Assembly (NCBI GenBank): GCA_963785725.1
Contig: CAWAWS010000005.1
Coordinates: forward strand, 192,001-256,000
Length of the DNA stretch: 64,000 bases
Direction: 5' to 3'
Source of the DNA: an uncultured delta proteobacterium
GTDB lineage: Bacteria > Myxococcota_A > Polyangia > Palsa-1104
Shown: one piece after another, positions 1 through 9,727 of the stretch
How positions within the stretch are numbered: the first letter of the stretch is position 1
Layout: every line of letters begins with the position of its first letter
Notes under the pieces: model-generated
The model's database searches: none
Told to the model about the DNA's origin: nothing
The model's input: only the letters and a program-made list of their open reading frames with translations
Position numbers and translations under genes: made by a program

Positions 1-2
1 TC

Positions 3-1445
3 GTCATCATTGCCTGTCTGCTCTCGTCGTGCGCGCGGCCGGCGCAGGTCGTCATCGGGTCCAAGAAGTTCACCGAGTCGGTGCTGCTCGGCGAGCTCTT
101 GCGCCTCGAGCTCGAGCGCGACGGCGTGGCCGCCGAGCATCGCCGCGAGCTCGGCGGCTCGCGCGTCCTCTTCGAGGCCCTCCTGCGCGGCGACATCGAC
201 GTCTATCCCGAATACACGGGCACGGTGCGCGCCGAGCTGGTGCCCAAGGCGCATTCGGACGCCGAGGCCGAGGCGCTGCTCGCCGAGCGCGGCCTGGTCG
301 TGGGCGCGCGGCTCGGCTTCTCCGACACCTACGCGCTGGCCATGTCGCGCGCCCGCGCCGCCGCCCTCGGCATCACGACGATCTCCGACCTGGCCGCGCA
401 TCCCGAGCTGCGCTACGGCTTCTCCGACGAGTTCCTGCGCCGCAAGGACGGCTGGCCGGCGCTGCAGGAGCGCTACGGCCTGCACACGCGCGAGGCGCGC
501 GGCATGGATCACGACCTGGCCTACCGCGGCCTCGCCGCCGGCGCGCTCGACGTCGTCGACCTCTACTCCACCGACGCCGAGGCGCGCTCCGACAAGCTGC
601 GCGTGCTGGTCGACGATCGCCACCAGTTTCCCGACTATCGCGCGCTCTATCTCTGCCGCGCCGACCTCTTTACGCGCGTGCCCGCGGCACGCCAGGCGCT
701 GACGGCGCTCGCCGGCCGCGTCGACGAAGCCGAGATGGCGACGATGAACGCGCGCGCCAAGCTCGATCGCGTGCCCGAGACGCAGGTCGCCGCCGACTAT
801 CTGGCGATCGACAACAGCACGCCGCGCGCGTCCTTGGCGCGGCGCGTGCTCGATCGAACGCGCGAGCATCTGGCGCTGGCGATGCTGTCGCTCATCGCCG
901 CCATCGGCGTCGCGCTGCCGCTCGGCATCCTGGCGGCGCGCCGGCCGCGGCTCGGCGGCTACATCTTGGCGCTGGTCGGCGTCGTGCAGACCATCCCGTC
1001 GCTGGCGCTGTTGGTGGTGATGATCCCGCTGCTCGGCATCGGCGTCATGCCGGCGCTGGCGGCGCTGTTCTTGTACGGCCTTCTGCCGATCGTGCGGAAC
1101 ACCTACGTCGGCTTGCGCGATCTGCCGCCCGGCCTCATCGAATCGGCGGACGCGCTCGGGCTATCGTCGTGGCAGCGGCTACGGCTCGTCGAGCTGCCGA
1201 TGGCGTCGCGGGCGATCTTGGGCGGCATCAAGACGGCGGCGGTCATCAACGTCGGCGCCGCGACGCTGGGCGCGCTCGTCGGCGCCGGCGGTTACGGCCA
1301 GCCGATCCTGAGCGGCATTCGCCTGGCCTCGACGCCGCTCATCCTCGAAGGCGCCATTCCCGCGGCGCTGCTGGCGATCGCCGTCGAAGGCGCGTTCGAT
1401 CTCGCCGAATACCTGCTCGTGCCGCGCGGGCTGCGGGTCGACTGA
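3..1445 (+). CDS. Osmoprotectant (glycine betaine/choline) ABC transporter, substrate-binding domain fused to permease; 5' end lies outside the window
   Basis: Frame is open from base 3 (VIIACLLSSC...VVIGSKKFTES); IDVYPEYTGT binding-protein motif; C-terminal TM region with QTIPSLAL and ESADALG (EAA-type) motifs. Confidence 0.9.
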   Translation, partial: VIIACLLSSCARPAQVVIGSKKFTESVLLGELLRLELERDGVAAEHRRELGGSRVLFEALLRGDIDVYPEYTGTVRAELVPKAHSDAEAEALLAERGLVVGARLGFSDTYALAMSRARAAALGITTISDLAAHPELRYGFSDEFLRRKDGWPALQERYGLHTREARGMDHDLAYRGLAAGALDVVDLYSTDAEARSDKLRVLVDDRHQFPDYRALYLCRADLFTRVPAARQALTALAGRVDEAEMATMNARAKLDRVPETQVAADYLAIDNSTPRASLARRVLDRTREHLALAMLSLIAAIGVALPLGILAARRPRLGGYILALVGVVQTIPSLALLVVMIPLLGIGVMPALAALFLYGLLPIVRNTYVGLRDLPPGLIESADALGLSSWQRLRLVELPMASRAILGGIKTAAVINVGAATLGALVGAGGYGQPILSGIRLASTPLILEGAIPAALLAIAVEGAFDLAEYLLVPRGLRVD

Positions 1446-1521
1446 GCGGACGTGCCGGCGATCACGCGCCACCCGTCGCGCGACTTGATCTCCGTCGACC
1501 CGAACGACTAACGTCGCGACC

Positions 1522-2070
1522 ATGGATGACGCGCGCCCGGAGCCGCAACCGACGCTGACGACGGCGCGGCTGGCGTTGCGCCCGCTCGTCGCCGCCGACG
1601 CGCCGGCGATTCGCGCGCTGGCCGGCGCCTACGAAGTCGCCGGCACGACCATCAACATCCCGTATCCGTATCCCGAGGGCGCCGCCGAGACCTTCATCGT
1701 CGCGCAAGCGGCCATGTGGCGCGACGATGAGGGCGCGACCTGGGCCGTGACGCTCGCCGGCGAGCTCGTCGGGTGCGTCGGCACGATCGGCTTTTCCCGC
1801 AAGCACGCGCGCTGTCGGCTCGGCTACTTTATCGCGCACGCCCACTGGAACCGCGGCTACGGCACCGAAGCGGCCGGCCGCGCCGTCGACTTCGCCTTCG
1901 CCGACGGCATCTACCGCGTCGAAGCCGACCACCTCACGCGCAACCCGGCCTCGGGGCGCGTCATGCAGAAGATCGGCATGCGCCACGAAGGCACCCTGCG
2001 CGCCTTTTACCGCCGCTTCGATCGCTCCGAAGACGTCGAGCTCTACGCGCGGCTGCGCGACGATCGCTAG
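1522..2070 (+). CDS. GNAT acetyltransferase, RimJ/RimL family
   Basis: TARLALRP N-terminus; LGYFIAHAHWNRGYGTEA; NPASGRVMQKIGM. Confidence 0.9.
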   Translation: MDDARPEPQPTLTTARLALRPLVAADAPAIRALAGAYEVAGTTINIPYPYPEGAAETFIVAQAAMWRDDEGATWAVTLAGELVGCVGTIGFSRKHARCRLGYFIAHAHWNRGYGTEAAGRAVDFAFADGIYRVEADHLTRNPASGRVMQKIGMRHEGTLRAFYRRFDRSEDVELYARLRDDR

Positions 2071-2073
2071 CCC

Positions 2074-2910
2074 GTGCCGACGACACCGACGACGCCGCCG
2101 CCGCGCCACCCGAAGTCGACGCGCGCGCTCGCTTGGGCGAGCGGCGCCGTCCTCGCCGTCACCTGGCTGAGCGCGGCCATCTTCGGCGCCTACATCTTGG
2201 CGCATTACGTCGGCGCCGTCGCCCGCGCGCGCCTCGACGACTGGAACAGCGAGCTGCCACGGCTGTACGAGCCGGCGACGATCCTGGCCAACCTCGGCGT
2301 CGGCGTGCACTTCGTGGCCGGCGGCGTGCTCTTGCTGCTCGGGCCGCTGCAGCTGTTCGCGCGCATTCGCGAGCGCACGCCCGCCGTTCATCGCTTCATT
2401 GGGCGCGTCTACGTGGGCGCGGCCATCGCCGCCGGCAGCGGCGGGCTCACCTTCATCGCGCTCAAAGGCACCGTCGGTGGCGCGCCGATGTCGATCGGCT
2501 TCGGCGGCTACGGCGCGGCCATCGTCGCCGCGGGCGCCGCCTCCTTGTGGAACGCGCGCGCCCGCCGCTTCGAGCGCCACCGCGCCTGGTCGATTCGCCT
2601 GTTCGCGCTCGCCGTCGGCTCCTGGCTCTACCGCATGGATTACGGCTTCTGGCAGCTGTTCACGCACGGTCTCGGCCACACGGCGACGTTCGACGGCCCC
2701 TTCGACCGCTTCATGGACTTCTTCTTCTACCTGCCCAATCTGGCCGTCGCCGAGCTCTTCATCCGCGCGCGCACGCCGACGGCCAGCCCGGCCGCGCGCG
2801 TGACGGCGACGGCCGCGCTGACGGTGGCGGCGTCATTCCTGGTGCTCGCCACCTACTTCTTCACGCGCTATCAGTGGGGTCCGGCGATCGTCGGCTTGGC
2901 GAGCGGCTGA
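2074..2910 (+). CDS. DUF2306-like integral membrane protein
   Basis: Multiple TM helices; HRFIGRVY and HRAWSIRLFA motifs; GTG start. Confidence 0.75.
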   Translation: MPTTPTTPPPRHPKSTRALAWASGAVLAVTWLSAAIFGAYILAHYVGAVARARLDDWNSELPRLYEPATILANLGVGVHFVAGGVLLLLGPLQLFARIRERTPAVHRFIGRVYVGAAIAAGSGGLTFIALKGTVGGAPMSIGFGGYGAAIVAAGAASLWNARARRFERHRAWSIRLFALAVGSWLYRMDYGFWQLFTHGLGHTATFDGPFDRFMDFFFYLPNLAVAELFIRARTPTASPAARVTATAALTVAASFLVLATYFFTRYQWGPAIVGLASG

Positions 2911-2951
2911 GGCGAGGATTTACGGCTGCGCGGGAAGTCGCGCGCGGCAAA

Positions 2952-2984
2952 GAGCGAGCGCGGCCGCGGTCACCGCGCTCGCTC
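2952..2984. terminator. Hairpin between convergent genes, possible bidirectional terminator
   Basis: GAGCGAGCGCGG-N9-CCGCGCTCGCTC, perfect 12-bp stem; no clear U-tract. Confidence 0.5.
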
Positions 2985-2998
2985 GTGCCTATAGCGGG

Positions 2999-4333
2999 CT
3001 ACTTGCGCGGCGTCGCGCCCGGCGTGCCGTTGTACGGCCGCGCGACCTCTGCCGCCGGCGCGAACGTCGGCTCCGCCGTCCGCCGGCTCGCCGCGCCGCC
3101 GTCATTGCGCGTCACGACCTGCGCCGCCAACAGCGTCTGCACGACGCGCATGACGTCGTCCGATCCCGACGCCGCCGCGCTCTGCCCGCCCGAGCCCGTC
3201 GATCCGAAGTTGACGAACTGACCGTTCGCCAACGCCGCCGACACCTCCTTGGCCAGCTCCGGCGCCAGCTCCAAGCGACGCAAGTTCATGTACGAGTCGC
3301 CGGCCTCGAGCAGCGCCTGCGCCTTCATGCGGATCGCGCCCGCCTCGGCCTCGGCGACGGCACGAATACGCGCCGCCTGCGCGCGACCTTCGGCCTCCTG
3401 CTCGATGACGTTCTGGTCGGCGTCGGCCTGCGCTTGCGTGATCTGGCTGGCCGCCAGCTCGGCCTCGCGCTGCTTGCGCACCATCGCCTGCTTCTCGGCC
3501 TCGGCGTTGGCGATGGCCGCGCCGTTGGACGCGATCTGCATGTTGAGCGCGCGCTCCTGGTCATTGATCTTCTGCTGCGCCTCGAGCTGCGCGATGCGCG
3601 CGCGCTGCTCCTCTTGCGCCTGCACGACGTCGGCGCTGGCCTTGGCCCGCGCCGCCGACTCGCGCCGCCGCGCGTCGGCCACTTCGCTCAAGACAGCCTT
3701 GATGTTGAGGCTGTTGAACGACAAGCCCAAGTCCATGAGCTCGCGCGAGCAGGCGTCCTTGATGATGACCGCCAGCTCGTCGTCCTCGCCGCGCTTGGCC
3801 AGCGCCACCGACGGCGCGCCCGCGGCCGGCGCCACGACGTTGGCGGGATTGACCGGCGCCACCGAGCTGCCGCCGTTGAACAGCTGGTCGTGCCACAAGA
3901 GGTTGATGGCGCGCCGGCCCGCCGACGACAACACGTCCGTCAGCGTCGACATCTGCTCATTGCCCGACTTGGAGAAGAACTTGTTGGCGGCGGTGTTCAC
4001 CATCGCCTCGTCCTCGCCGACGCTGACGATGGCCGACGCGCGCACCGTCACCTTGACCGGCGCCGGCCGCGAGGCGCTGTCGCGATCGGCCGTTTGATCG
4101 GTGATCTCGATGTCGACGTTGATCGCCTGCGCGGGAATGCGGCGCACTTGCGTGATGACCGGAACGATCATCGCCTTGCACGGACCGCGATAGATGCGCA
4201 AATGGCGACCGCGACTGGCGAGCAAGATCTCGCCCGCGTCGACGCTCTTGAGAAACGTCGTAATGATGAAAGACGTCAGTAATAAGACGACGACTACCGA
4301 TCCACCGGCAATCAACAGCGGAAAGTCCGTCAT
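2999..4333 (-). CDS. SPFH/flotillin family protein
   Basis: N-terminal TM helix, SPFH-like domain, long Ala/Glu/Gln coiled coil (AEAEAGAIR), adjacent to an NfeD-like gene. Confidence 0.8.
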   Translation of the reverse strand: MTDFPLLIAGGSVVVVLLLTSFIITTFLKSVDAGEILLASRGRHLRIYRGPCKAMIVPVITQVRRIPAQAINVDIEITDQTADRDSASRPAPVKVTVRASAIVSVGEDEAMVNTAANKFFSKSGNEQMSTLTDVLSSAGRRAINLLWHDQLFNGGSSVAPVNPANVVAPAAGAPSVALAKRGEDDELAVIIKDACSRELMDLGLSFNSLNIKAVLSEVADARRRESAARAKASADVVQAQEEQRARIAQLEAQQKINDQERALNMQIASNGAAIANAEAEKQAMVRKQREAELAASQITQAQADADQNVIEQEAEGRAQAARIRAVAEAEAGAIRMKAQALLEAGDSYMNLRRLELAPELAKEVSAALANGQFVNFGSTGSGGQSAAASGSDDVMRVVQTLLAAQVVTRNDGGAASRRTAEPTFAPAAEVARPYNGTPGATPRK

Positions 4334-4464
4334 GGCATTCTCCTGGGCGATTTACGCCCGTCAGACTGAAAAGGACTACGCGCGAAACACGGTCTCGTTA
4401 ATGGCCGCGACTGATGCCAATCACGAGCGCTTCCCCCACTCGACCAGCTAATAAAGGCAGCATG

Positions 4465-5109
4465 TTAATCCACTAAAACAGAGACGGTCAGTCGTTCATT
4501 CCGCGCGTCCACGTCCTCGACGCGCAGGCGATCACCGACGCGAACCGTCAGTCCCGCTTGGGCTTCGACGAGGCTGGCGGAGAACTGCACGGCGCGGCCG
4601 TCGCGCACGAGCGACACGATGCCGCGGCCGTTGCGAAAGGGCGTGACCGCGCTGGCCTCGGCCAAGATCAGCACTTCGAGCGGCGTCGACGGCTGACCTT
4701 GAAAGCGGAACAAGAGGCGCCACAGCGGCGTCACGAGCAGCCGCTCGACCAGCGCCGCCGGCAAAACCGCGACCAGCGCCGCGACGAGCGGCGTCAAGTG
4801 CGCGGCGTGCAAGAGCGCGTTGGCGAAGGCGCCGTACAGCGCCAGCAGGCTGAAGACGAGCCGCGGCGACGGCAAAAAGCGGGTAATTCCCGTCGGCGCC
4901 AGCGTCAGCGCGTTCGTCCCGTGCGTCTGCGTCGTGAGCGCTTGGGTCGCCGGCGTCGACAGCTGGGGCGCGTGGCCGTGCGCCAGCTGGCCGACGTGCG
5001 CGCCCGGGCCATGGCCGCCCAACGGATGGGCCGCGCCGTGATGGCCGAGCGCCGGCAGCGCCATCACCACGAGGCCCACGAGCCCCACGACCATGATTGT
5101 CAGGAACAT
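4465..5109 (-). CDS. NfeD-like membrane protein (flotillin partner) with His-rich loop
   Basis: Start reassigned to ATG 5109 (MFLTIMVVG); about three TM segments, then an OB-fold-like C-terminus (GRGIVSLVRDG...VGDRLRVEDVD). Confidence 0.7.
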   Translation of the reverse strand: MFLTIMVVGLVGLVVMALPALGHHGAAHPLGGHGPGAHVGQLAHGHAPQLSTPATQALTTQTHGTNALTLAPTGITRFLPSPRLVFSLLALYGAFANALLHAAHLTPLVAALVAVLPAALVERLLVTPLWRLLFRFQGQPSTPLEVLILAEASAVTPFRNGRGIVSLVRDGRAVQFSASLVEAQAGLTVRVGDRLRVEDVDARNERLTVSVLVD

Positions 5110-5252
5110 GACTTCTGGCCCATAAGGTGGCCCTTGCCGGGCTCGACCGCAAGAGGCGCGGGTCACTACGGCCGCGTAAGCATGCGAGACGACGTGTCTA
5201 TCGACAGCTTGCCTACATTGCTGCATTCGTCCGCTCACGCTACGATCGCGCC

Positions 5253-5774
5253 ATGTCGAAAGCGCTCACTTGCGCGAGCTGCGCGGCCCCGCTGCAGCCG
5301 ACCGGCCGCAGCCAACGCGTGCGCTGCGAGTTCTGCGGCGCCGATACGCTGCTCGACGCCGCGACGTTCGCGCAGCTCGCCGCGGCTCCGCCCGTCGCAC
5401 CGTCGGTGCCGATCGAGCGAATCCTCGGCAAGCTGCACCTCGACGTCGCCAACGCGGCGTCGTTTCTCGAGCAGCTGGCGGCGCGACTGGGCGCTGCCTT
5501 GCCCGACAAAGTGCGCGTCGAGACCAAAGGCGGCCTGTTCGCCAAGTCGCATATCGTCAAGCTGGAAGTCGATTTGGGCGAATATGTCTATACGGCGATA
5601 CTCGAAGGTCATCGCTTGTCGGCACGGCGCGCGCACGTCGTCCGCGGCATTGCGCTCAAGAATCAGGAGCTGCAGCCGGCGGAGCTGATTGACGCGCTCG
5701 CCGGTGAGCTGCACGAGCTGGCGCACCATAGTGACGAGACGCGCGCCGCGCTGACGCGGTTCTTGGCCGACTGA
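5253..5774 (+). CDS. Hypothetical protein with N-terminal zinc ribbon (CxxC...CxxC)
   Basis: MSKALTCASCAAPL...VRCEFCG; TACGAT box 6 nt upstream of ATG 5253. Confidence 0.75.
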   Translation: MSKALTCASCAAPLQPTGRSQRVRCEFCGADTLLDAATFAQLAAAPPVAPSVPIERILGKLHLDVANAASFLEQLAARLGAALPDKVRVETKGGLFAKSHIVKLEVDLGEYVYTAILEGHRLSARRAHVVRGIALKNQELQPAELIDALAGELHELAHHSDETRAALTRFLAD

Positions 5775-5786
5775 CTAACGACTGAC

Positions 5787-6518
5787 TTAACGATTCGCCG
5801 TCAATATCGGCAGTATCGGCTCGTGCTGCTGCGGCTGTCCGGTCGGCGCAATCGAGGTTCCCAGCGCCGCGAATTCGATGATGTGCGAATGCCAGGCGTA
5901 GCTGCCTTCGGTCAGTCGCAAGCCGACGACGCCGGTCGCGCCCGTCGCTGCCGCTTCGGCTTGCAGCCGCGACATGGCCAGCTCGCGCGCGTCATATAAC
6001 GCGGTCGTATAAGCCTCGAGCTCGCAGTTATTGCCGACCGTCTTGAAGAACGCGCCAATTCCTTGGTGCGCGACATGATAGACGCACGCGCCCATCACCA
6101 ATCGATGCGGACGATAACCGGCGCGCACCAATGCCCAAAAGTCTTGTCCCGAGAGATCGCTGGTAAAGGGTTGACCGCCGACGCGCCAATCGCCGGCGCG
6201 CGCTTTGACGGCCGTTCCCGTGGCCAAGAACTCGGCGTGATGCCCGTGATGATCGACGACGAGCTTGACACCGACGACGCCGTCGGCGCCGACGCTGGCC
6301 GCGTGCGCGACGAGCTTGCCGAGCGCCAGCGCGCGCGCATGCACCATGGCCGCCGTCAAGGACGGCATCTCCTCGTTCTTGGTCCACGACGCGAGCGTAT
6401 AACCGATATGATAAAAGGCCGATCCGACGACGAATGAGCGCGGCTCGAAGCCGACCTCTTCGAGGAGCAGCGCTTCGTCGATCGATAAGTCGCTGGTGGC
6501 CGCGATCGGGGCCGTCAT
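5787..6518 (-). CDS. YbjQ/UPF0145-like (putative heavy-metal-binding) double-domain protein, paralogue 3
   Basis: Two internal repeats of AR(E/A)LA...A...GAxG(V/I)VG(V/L)...EFxAxGT(A/S). Confidence 0.8.
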   Translation of the reverse strand: MTAPIAATSDLSIDEALLLEEVGFEPRSFVVGSAFYHIGYTLASWTKNEEMPSLTAAMVHARALALGKLVAHAASVGADGVVGVKLVVDHHGHHAEFLATGTAVKARAGDWRVGGQPFTSDLSGQDFWALVRAGYRPHRLVMGACVYHVAHQGIGAFFKTVGNNCELEAYTTALYDARELAMSRLQAEAAATGATGVVGLRLTEGSYAWHSHIIEFAALGTSIAPTGQPQQHEPILPILTANR

Positions 6519-7363
6519 TGATTGACCGTCAACACCAACGTCGGCGCATGGATCTGATGGTCGGCGGAGATGGGAATGACCGACGTCCCGACTGCAAAGA
6601 ATTCGATGACGTGCGTATCCCAGTTGCCGTGCGTCTGTTCGTGAATCTCGGTGCCGACGACGCCGACGGCGCCCGCCGACATCGCCTCGGTCTGCATGCG
6701 CTCCATCGCCAATTCGCGCGCGTCATACAAGGCCTGCGTGAAGTTGGGCATCTCGCAGTTGCGGCCGACCGTCTTCATCCAGCCGCCCAAGCCCTGATGC
6801 GCGACGTGATAGACGCAATTGCCCATGACCAACTCGACGGGACGATAGCCCGAGCGCAACAGCGTCCAGAAGTCCTGTCCCGACAAGTCGCTCGTAAACG
6901 GCTTTCCGGTCGGCGTGCGATGGGAGACGCCGGCGCCGTGGACGACGGCCGTGCCGACGGCGATGAACTCGAGGACATTCTCGCCCCAGGCGTGTCTTTT
7001 GACCTCCAAGCGCACCCCGATGATTCCGTCGGCGGCGAGCGCGTCGGCCTCGGCCTCCATCCGCGCCATGGCCAGCTCGCGCGCGTGATAGAGCGCCTGC
7101 GTCAAAACGCCCATCTCCTCGTTCTTGGACCAATGGCCGCGCTGATAACCGACGTGATAAATCGACGAGCCCATCACTAATCCCACGGGCTCGAAGCCGC
7201 TCTCTTTCACCAACAGGAATTCATTGACCGACAGATCGCTGGTGAAGAGGCCGCGCGCGCCCGGCACGCCGCGCATCTTTGCCAGTCGCTCTCTGGCGTG
7301 CGCGGGAAGATCGGCCAATTGACCGGCGACTGCATTATCGAGAGGCGCATTGGGATCAGCCAT
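6515..7363 (-). CDS. YbjQ/UPF0145-like double-domain protein, paralogue 2
   Basis: Likely start MADPNAP (7363); FTSDLS repeats; ALYxARELAMxRM twice; overlaps both neighbours. Confidence 0.85.
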   Translation of the reverse strand: MADPNAPLDNAVAGQLADLPAHARERLAKMRGVPGARGLFTSDLSVNEFLLVKESGFEPVGLVMGSSIYHVGYQRGHWSKNEEMGVLTQALYHARELAMARMEAEADALAADGIIGVRLEVKRHAWGENVLEFIAVGTAVVHGAGVSHRTPTGKPFTSDLSGQDFWTLLRSGYRPVELVMGNCVYHVAHQGLGGWMKTVGRNCEMPNFTQALYDARELAMERMQTEAMSAGAVGVVGTEIHEQTHGNWDTHVIEFFAVGTSVIPISADHQIHAPTLVLTVNQ

Positions 7364-8234
7364 GATGGTCTCCGTGCGGCATAGACTGCGCTGCCAGATC
7401 GATCGTTTTACCGCCGCCCAAATCGAGCACCAAGCGCGGTCGTGGCAAGGTCGGCGTGCTCTTACGAATGACCGCAGTGCCAATCATCAACACCTCGGTC
7501 TTGAAGGCCGTGTGCTCGCGGTCGGGATTGGAGGTGCTCCATTCGTGCTGATGGAAATGGCGCTGCAGCTCGACGCCGACGGCCGCGTGCGCCTGTAAAG
7601 CGCCAATCTCGGCCTGAAAGCGCGCGATCGCCAGAGACTGCGCCTGATCGATACTCTGCGTGTGGCCGGTCATGAGCTGATTGAACCAATTGCCGTCCGA
7701 GGAACAGTCGCAATGACGGTCGTACCAAGTGCAATTGCCCATCGCGATTCCGAGCGGCCATTGTCCCGCCAGCTCCAGCTTGTAAAGCGCTTGCGCCGAC
7801 AGATGCGTCAATATCGGTCGCCCGCCGCCGGTCGCTTTAGGCAGGCGAACGGCGGTGCCAATGGCGGTGAACTCCATGAGCTCGCCCGACCATTCGTAGC
7901 CTTTGACGGTCAGCTCGACCCCAATGACGGCGTGCGCGCCGAGAATCGCCGCCTCTTCTTCGAGGCGACCGAGCGCCAAGGCGCGCGCCTGTCGCTGGGC
8001 GTGCGTGACGTTGGTGAGCTCGCCGCCGCTCCAGCTCGCCGCCGTCGCCCAGCCCATGTGATAGATCGACGAGCCCATCACCTGGCCGATCGCTTCGTAG
8101 CCGGCGAGCCGGGCGATGGCGGTCTCGGCGACGGAGAAGGTGCTCGTAAAAAATCGCTGCGACTTCCCCGCCGCTTCCGTCACGCGCGCCCGCGCGCGCT
8201 CCGGCAGCCCGCCCTCTTCGAAGCTCAGCGCCAT
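7356..8234 (-). CDS. YbjQ/UPF0145-like double-domain protein, paralogue 1 (divergent)
   Basis: GQVMGSSIYHMG, ARALALGRLEEEAAILGAHAVIGV, EFTAIGTAV; HCDC motif in the second domain. Confidence 0.8.
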   Translation of the reverse strand: MALSFEEGGLPERARARVTEAAGKSQRFFTSTFSVAETAIARLAGYEAIGQVMGSSIYHMGWATAASWSGGELTNVTHAQRQARALALGRLEEEAAILGAHAVIGVELTVKGYEWSGELMEFTAIGTAVRLPKATGGGRPILTHLSAQALYKLELAGQWPLGIAMGNCTWYDRHCDCSSDGNWFNQLMTGHTQSIDQAQSLAIARFQAEIGALQAHAAVGVELQRHFHQHEWSTSNPDREHTAFKTEVLMIGTAVIRKSTPTLPRPRLVLDLGGGKTIDLAAQSMPHGDHHG

Positions 8235-8384
8235 GTTGCGATGCTAAGCGAAGCCGCGCGAGCCAGCCAATTTTGCGGCGATTTGCGCTTGCAGCGCCCG
8301 CCACTGACCGGCGGTCAGCGGACGTTGACAATCTTTCACTCGGCCGATATTTTGTGTGCTAACTAATTCGACGGGAGGCGCAAC

Positions 8385-8873
8385 CTGCTTCGTGGCGAGC
8401 TCAAAGAAGATCTCGATCGCATCGTCGAGACCATCATCTACTTGGTCACCGAGAGTCGGCGGCTGTCCAAGGAAGAGGCGACGCGCATCGGCGTCACGCC
8501 GACGCAGCTGTCGGTGCTCAAGCTGCTGCAGGAGATTGGCGACCTCTCGCTCGGTACGCTGTCGAAGCAGATTCGCGCGCACAACTCGACCGTCACCGGA
8601 ATCGTCGATCGCATGGAGACGGCGGGGCTGGTCGAGCGCGCGCGGTCGGACCAAGATCGGCGCGTGTGGATCATTCGGCTGACGGCGGCCGGCCGCAAGA
8701 TCGCCGAGCGCGCCCGGGTTTCGCCGTGGGACTTGCTGCGCCACGCGCTCAGCGAGCTGACGGCGGGCGATCAAGAGAAGCTGACGTCGGTGTTGCGCAA
8801 AGTGGCGGCCAATGTGCAAAGCGCCGCCGATCCCCAACTATTGAAGGAGATCAAGAATGGCTCTCGGCGATAA
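8385..8873 (+). CDS. MarR family transcriptional regulator
   Basis: GVTPTQLSVL...NSTVTGIVDRMETAGLVERARSDQDRR..IRLTAAG; frame extends upstream of 8442 to a CTG at 8385 preceded by GGGAGG; start uncertain. Confidence 0.9.
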   Translation: MLRGELKEDLDRIVETIIYLVTESRRLSKEEATRIGVTPTQLSVLKLLQEIGDLSLGTLSKQIRAHNSTVTGIVDRMETAGLVERARSDQDRRVWIIRLTAAGRKIAERARVSPWDLLRHALSELTAGDQEKLTSVLRKVAANVQSAADPQLLKEIKNGSRR

Positions 8874-9714
8874 GGTCATCGTCACTTGTGCCGTCACCGG
8901 CGCGGTCACCACCAAGAAGCAGTGCGCCGCGATTCCTTATACCGCCGTGGAGATTGGCGAGGAGTGCCGGCGCGCCTACGAAGCGGGCGCCACCGTCGTG
9001 CACGTTCACGGTCGCAGCGACGAGGGTCAACCCTCTTACGAGAACGAAGTGTTCGAGGCCTACAAGCGCGAGATCGAAGCGCGCTGTCCCGTCATCATCA
9101 ACTTTTCGACGGGCGCCGTCGGGCTCACCAAAGAGCAGCGCATCGCGCATATCATCAAGACGAAACCGCATATCGGCGCGCTCAATATGGGCTCGATGAA
9201 TTACGCGAAGTATTCGAGCAAGCGTAAGGACTTCGTCTTCAGCCTCGTCTTCGCCAATCCCTTCGACGAGATCATTTATTACCTCAAGCAAATGAACGAA
9301 GCCGGCGTGCGCGCCGAGTGCGAATGCTTCGACACCGCGCACGTCGCCTCTTTGGATCCGCTATTGGACATGGGTCTCTTGCAGGGACCGATCGACATCA
9401 ACATCGTGCTCGGCGTCATGGGCGGCGCACCGTCGACGCCCGATCATTTGAACTTCATCGCCACGCATTTGCCCAAAGGCTCCGTGTGGAAGACGACGCC
9501 GATCTCGCAGGCGACGTGGCCGTTGACCGCGATGGCGCTGGGAATGGGCGGCAATGTGCGCGTCGGTCTGGAAGACAACTTCTATTTGCCGACCGGCGAG
9601 ATGGTGCAGTCGAACGGCGAATTGGTGGCGGCGGCCGTGCAGATGGCGCGTTCGGCCGGCCGCACGCCGGCGACGGTCGAAGAGACGAAACAGATTCTCG
9701 GCATTACGCGATAA
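8857..9714 (+). CDS. Beta-keto acid cleavage enzyme (BKACE, DUF849/Kce family)
   Basis: IVTCAVTGA, HVH zinc motif, NFSTG, LNMGSMN, RVGLEDN. Confidence 0.92.
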   Translation: MALGDKVIVTCAVTGAVTTKKQCAAIPYTAVEIGEECRRAYEAGATVVHVHGRSDEGQPSYENEVFEAYKREIEARCPVIINFSTGAVGLTKEQRIAHIIKTKPHIGALNMGSMNYAKYSSKRKDFVFSLVFANPFDEIIYYLKQMNEAGVRAECECFDTAHVASLDPLLDMGLLQGPIDINIVLGVMGGAPSTPDHLNFIATHLPKGSVWKTTPISQATWPLTAMALGMGGNVRVGLEDNFYLPTGEMVQSNGELVAAAVQMARSAGRTPATVEETKQILGITR

Positions 9715-9727
9715 GGAACCATTGACG

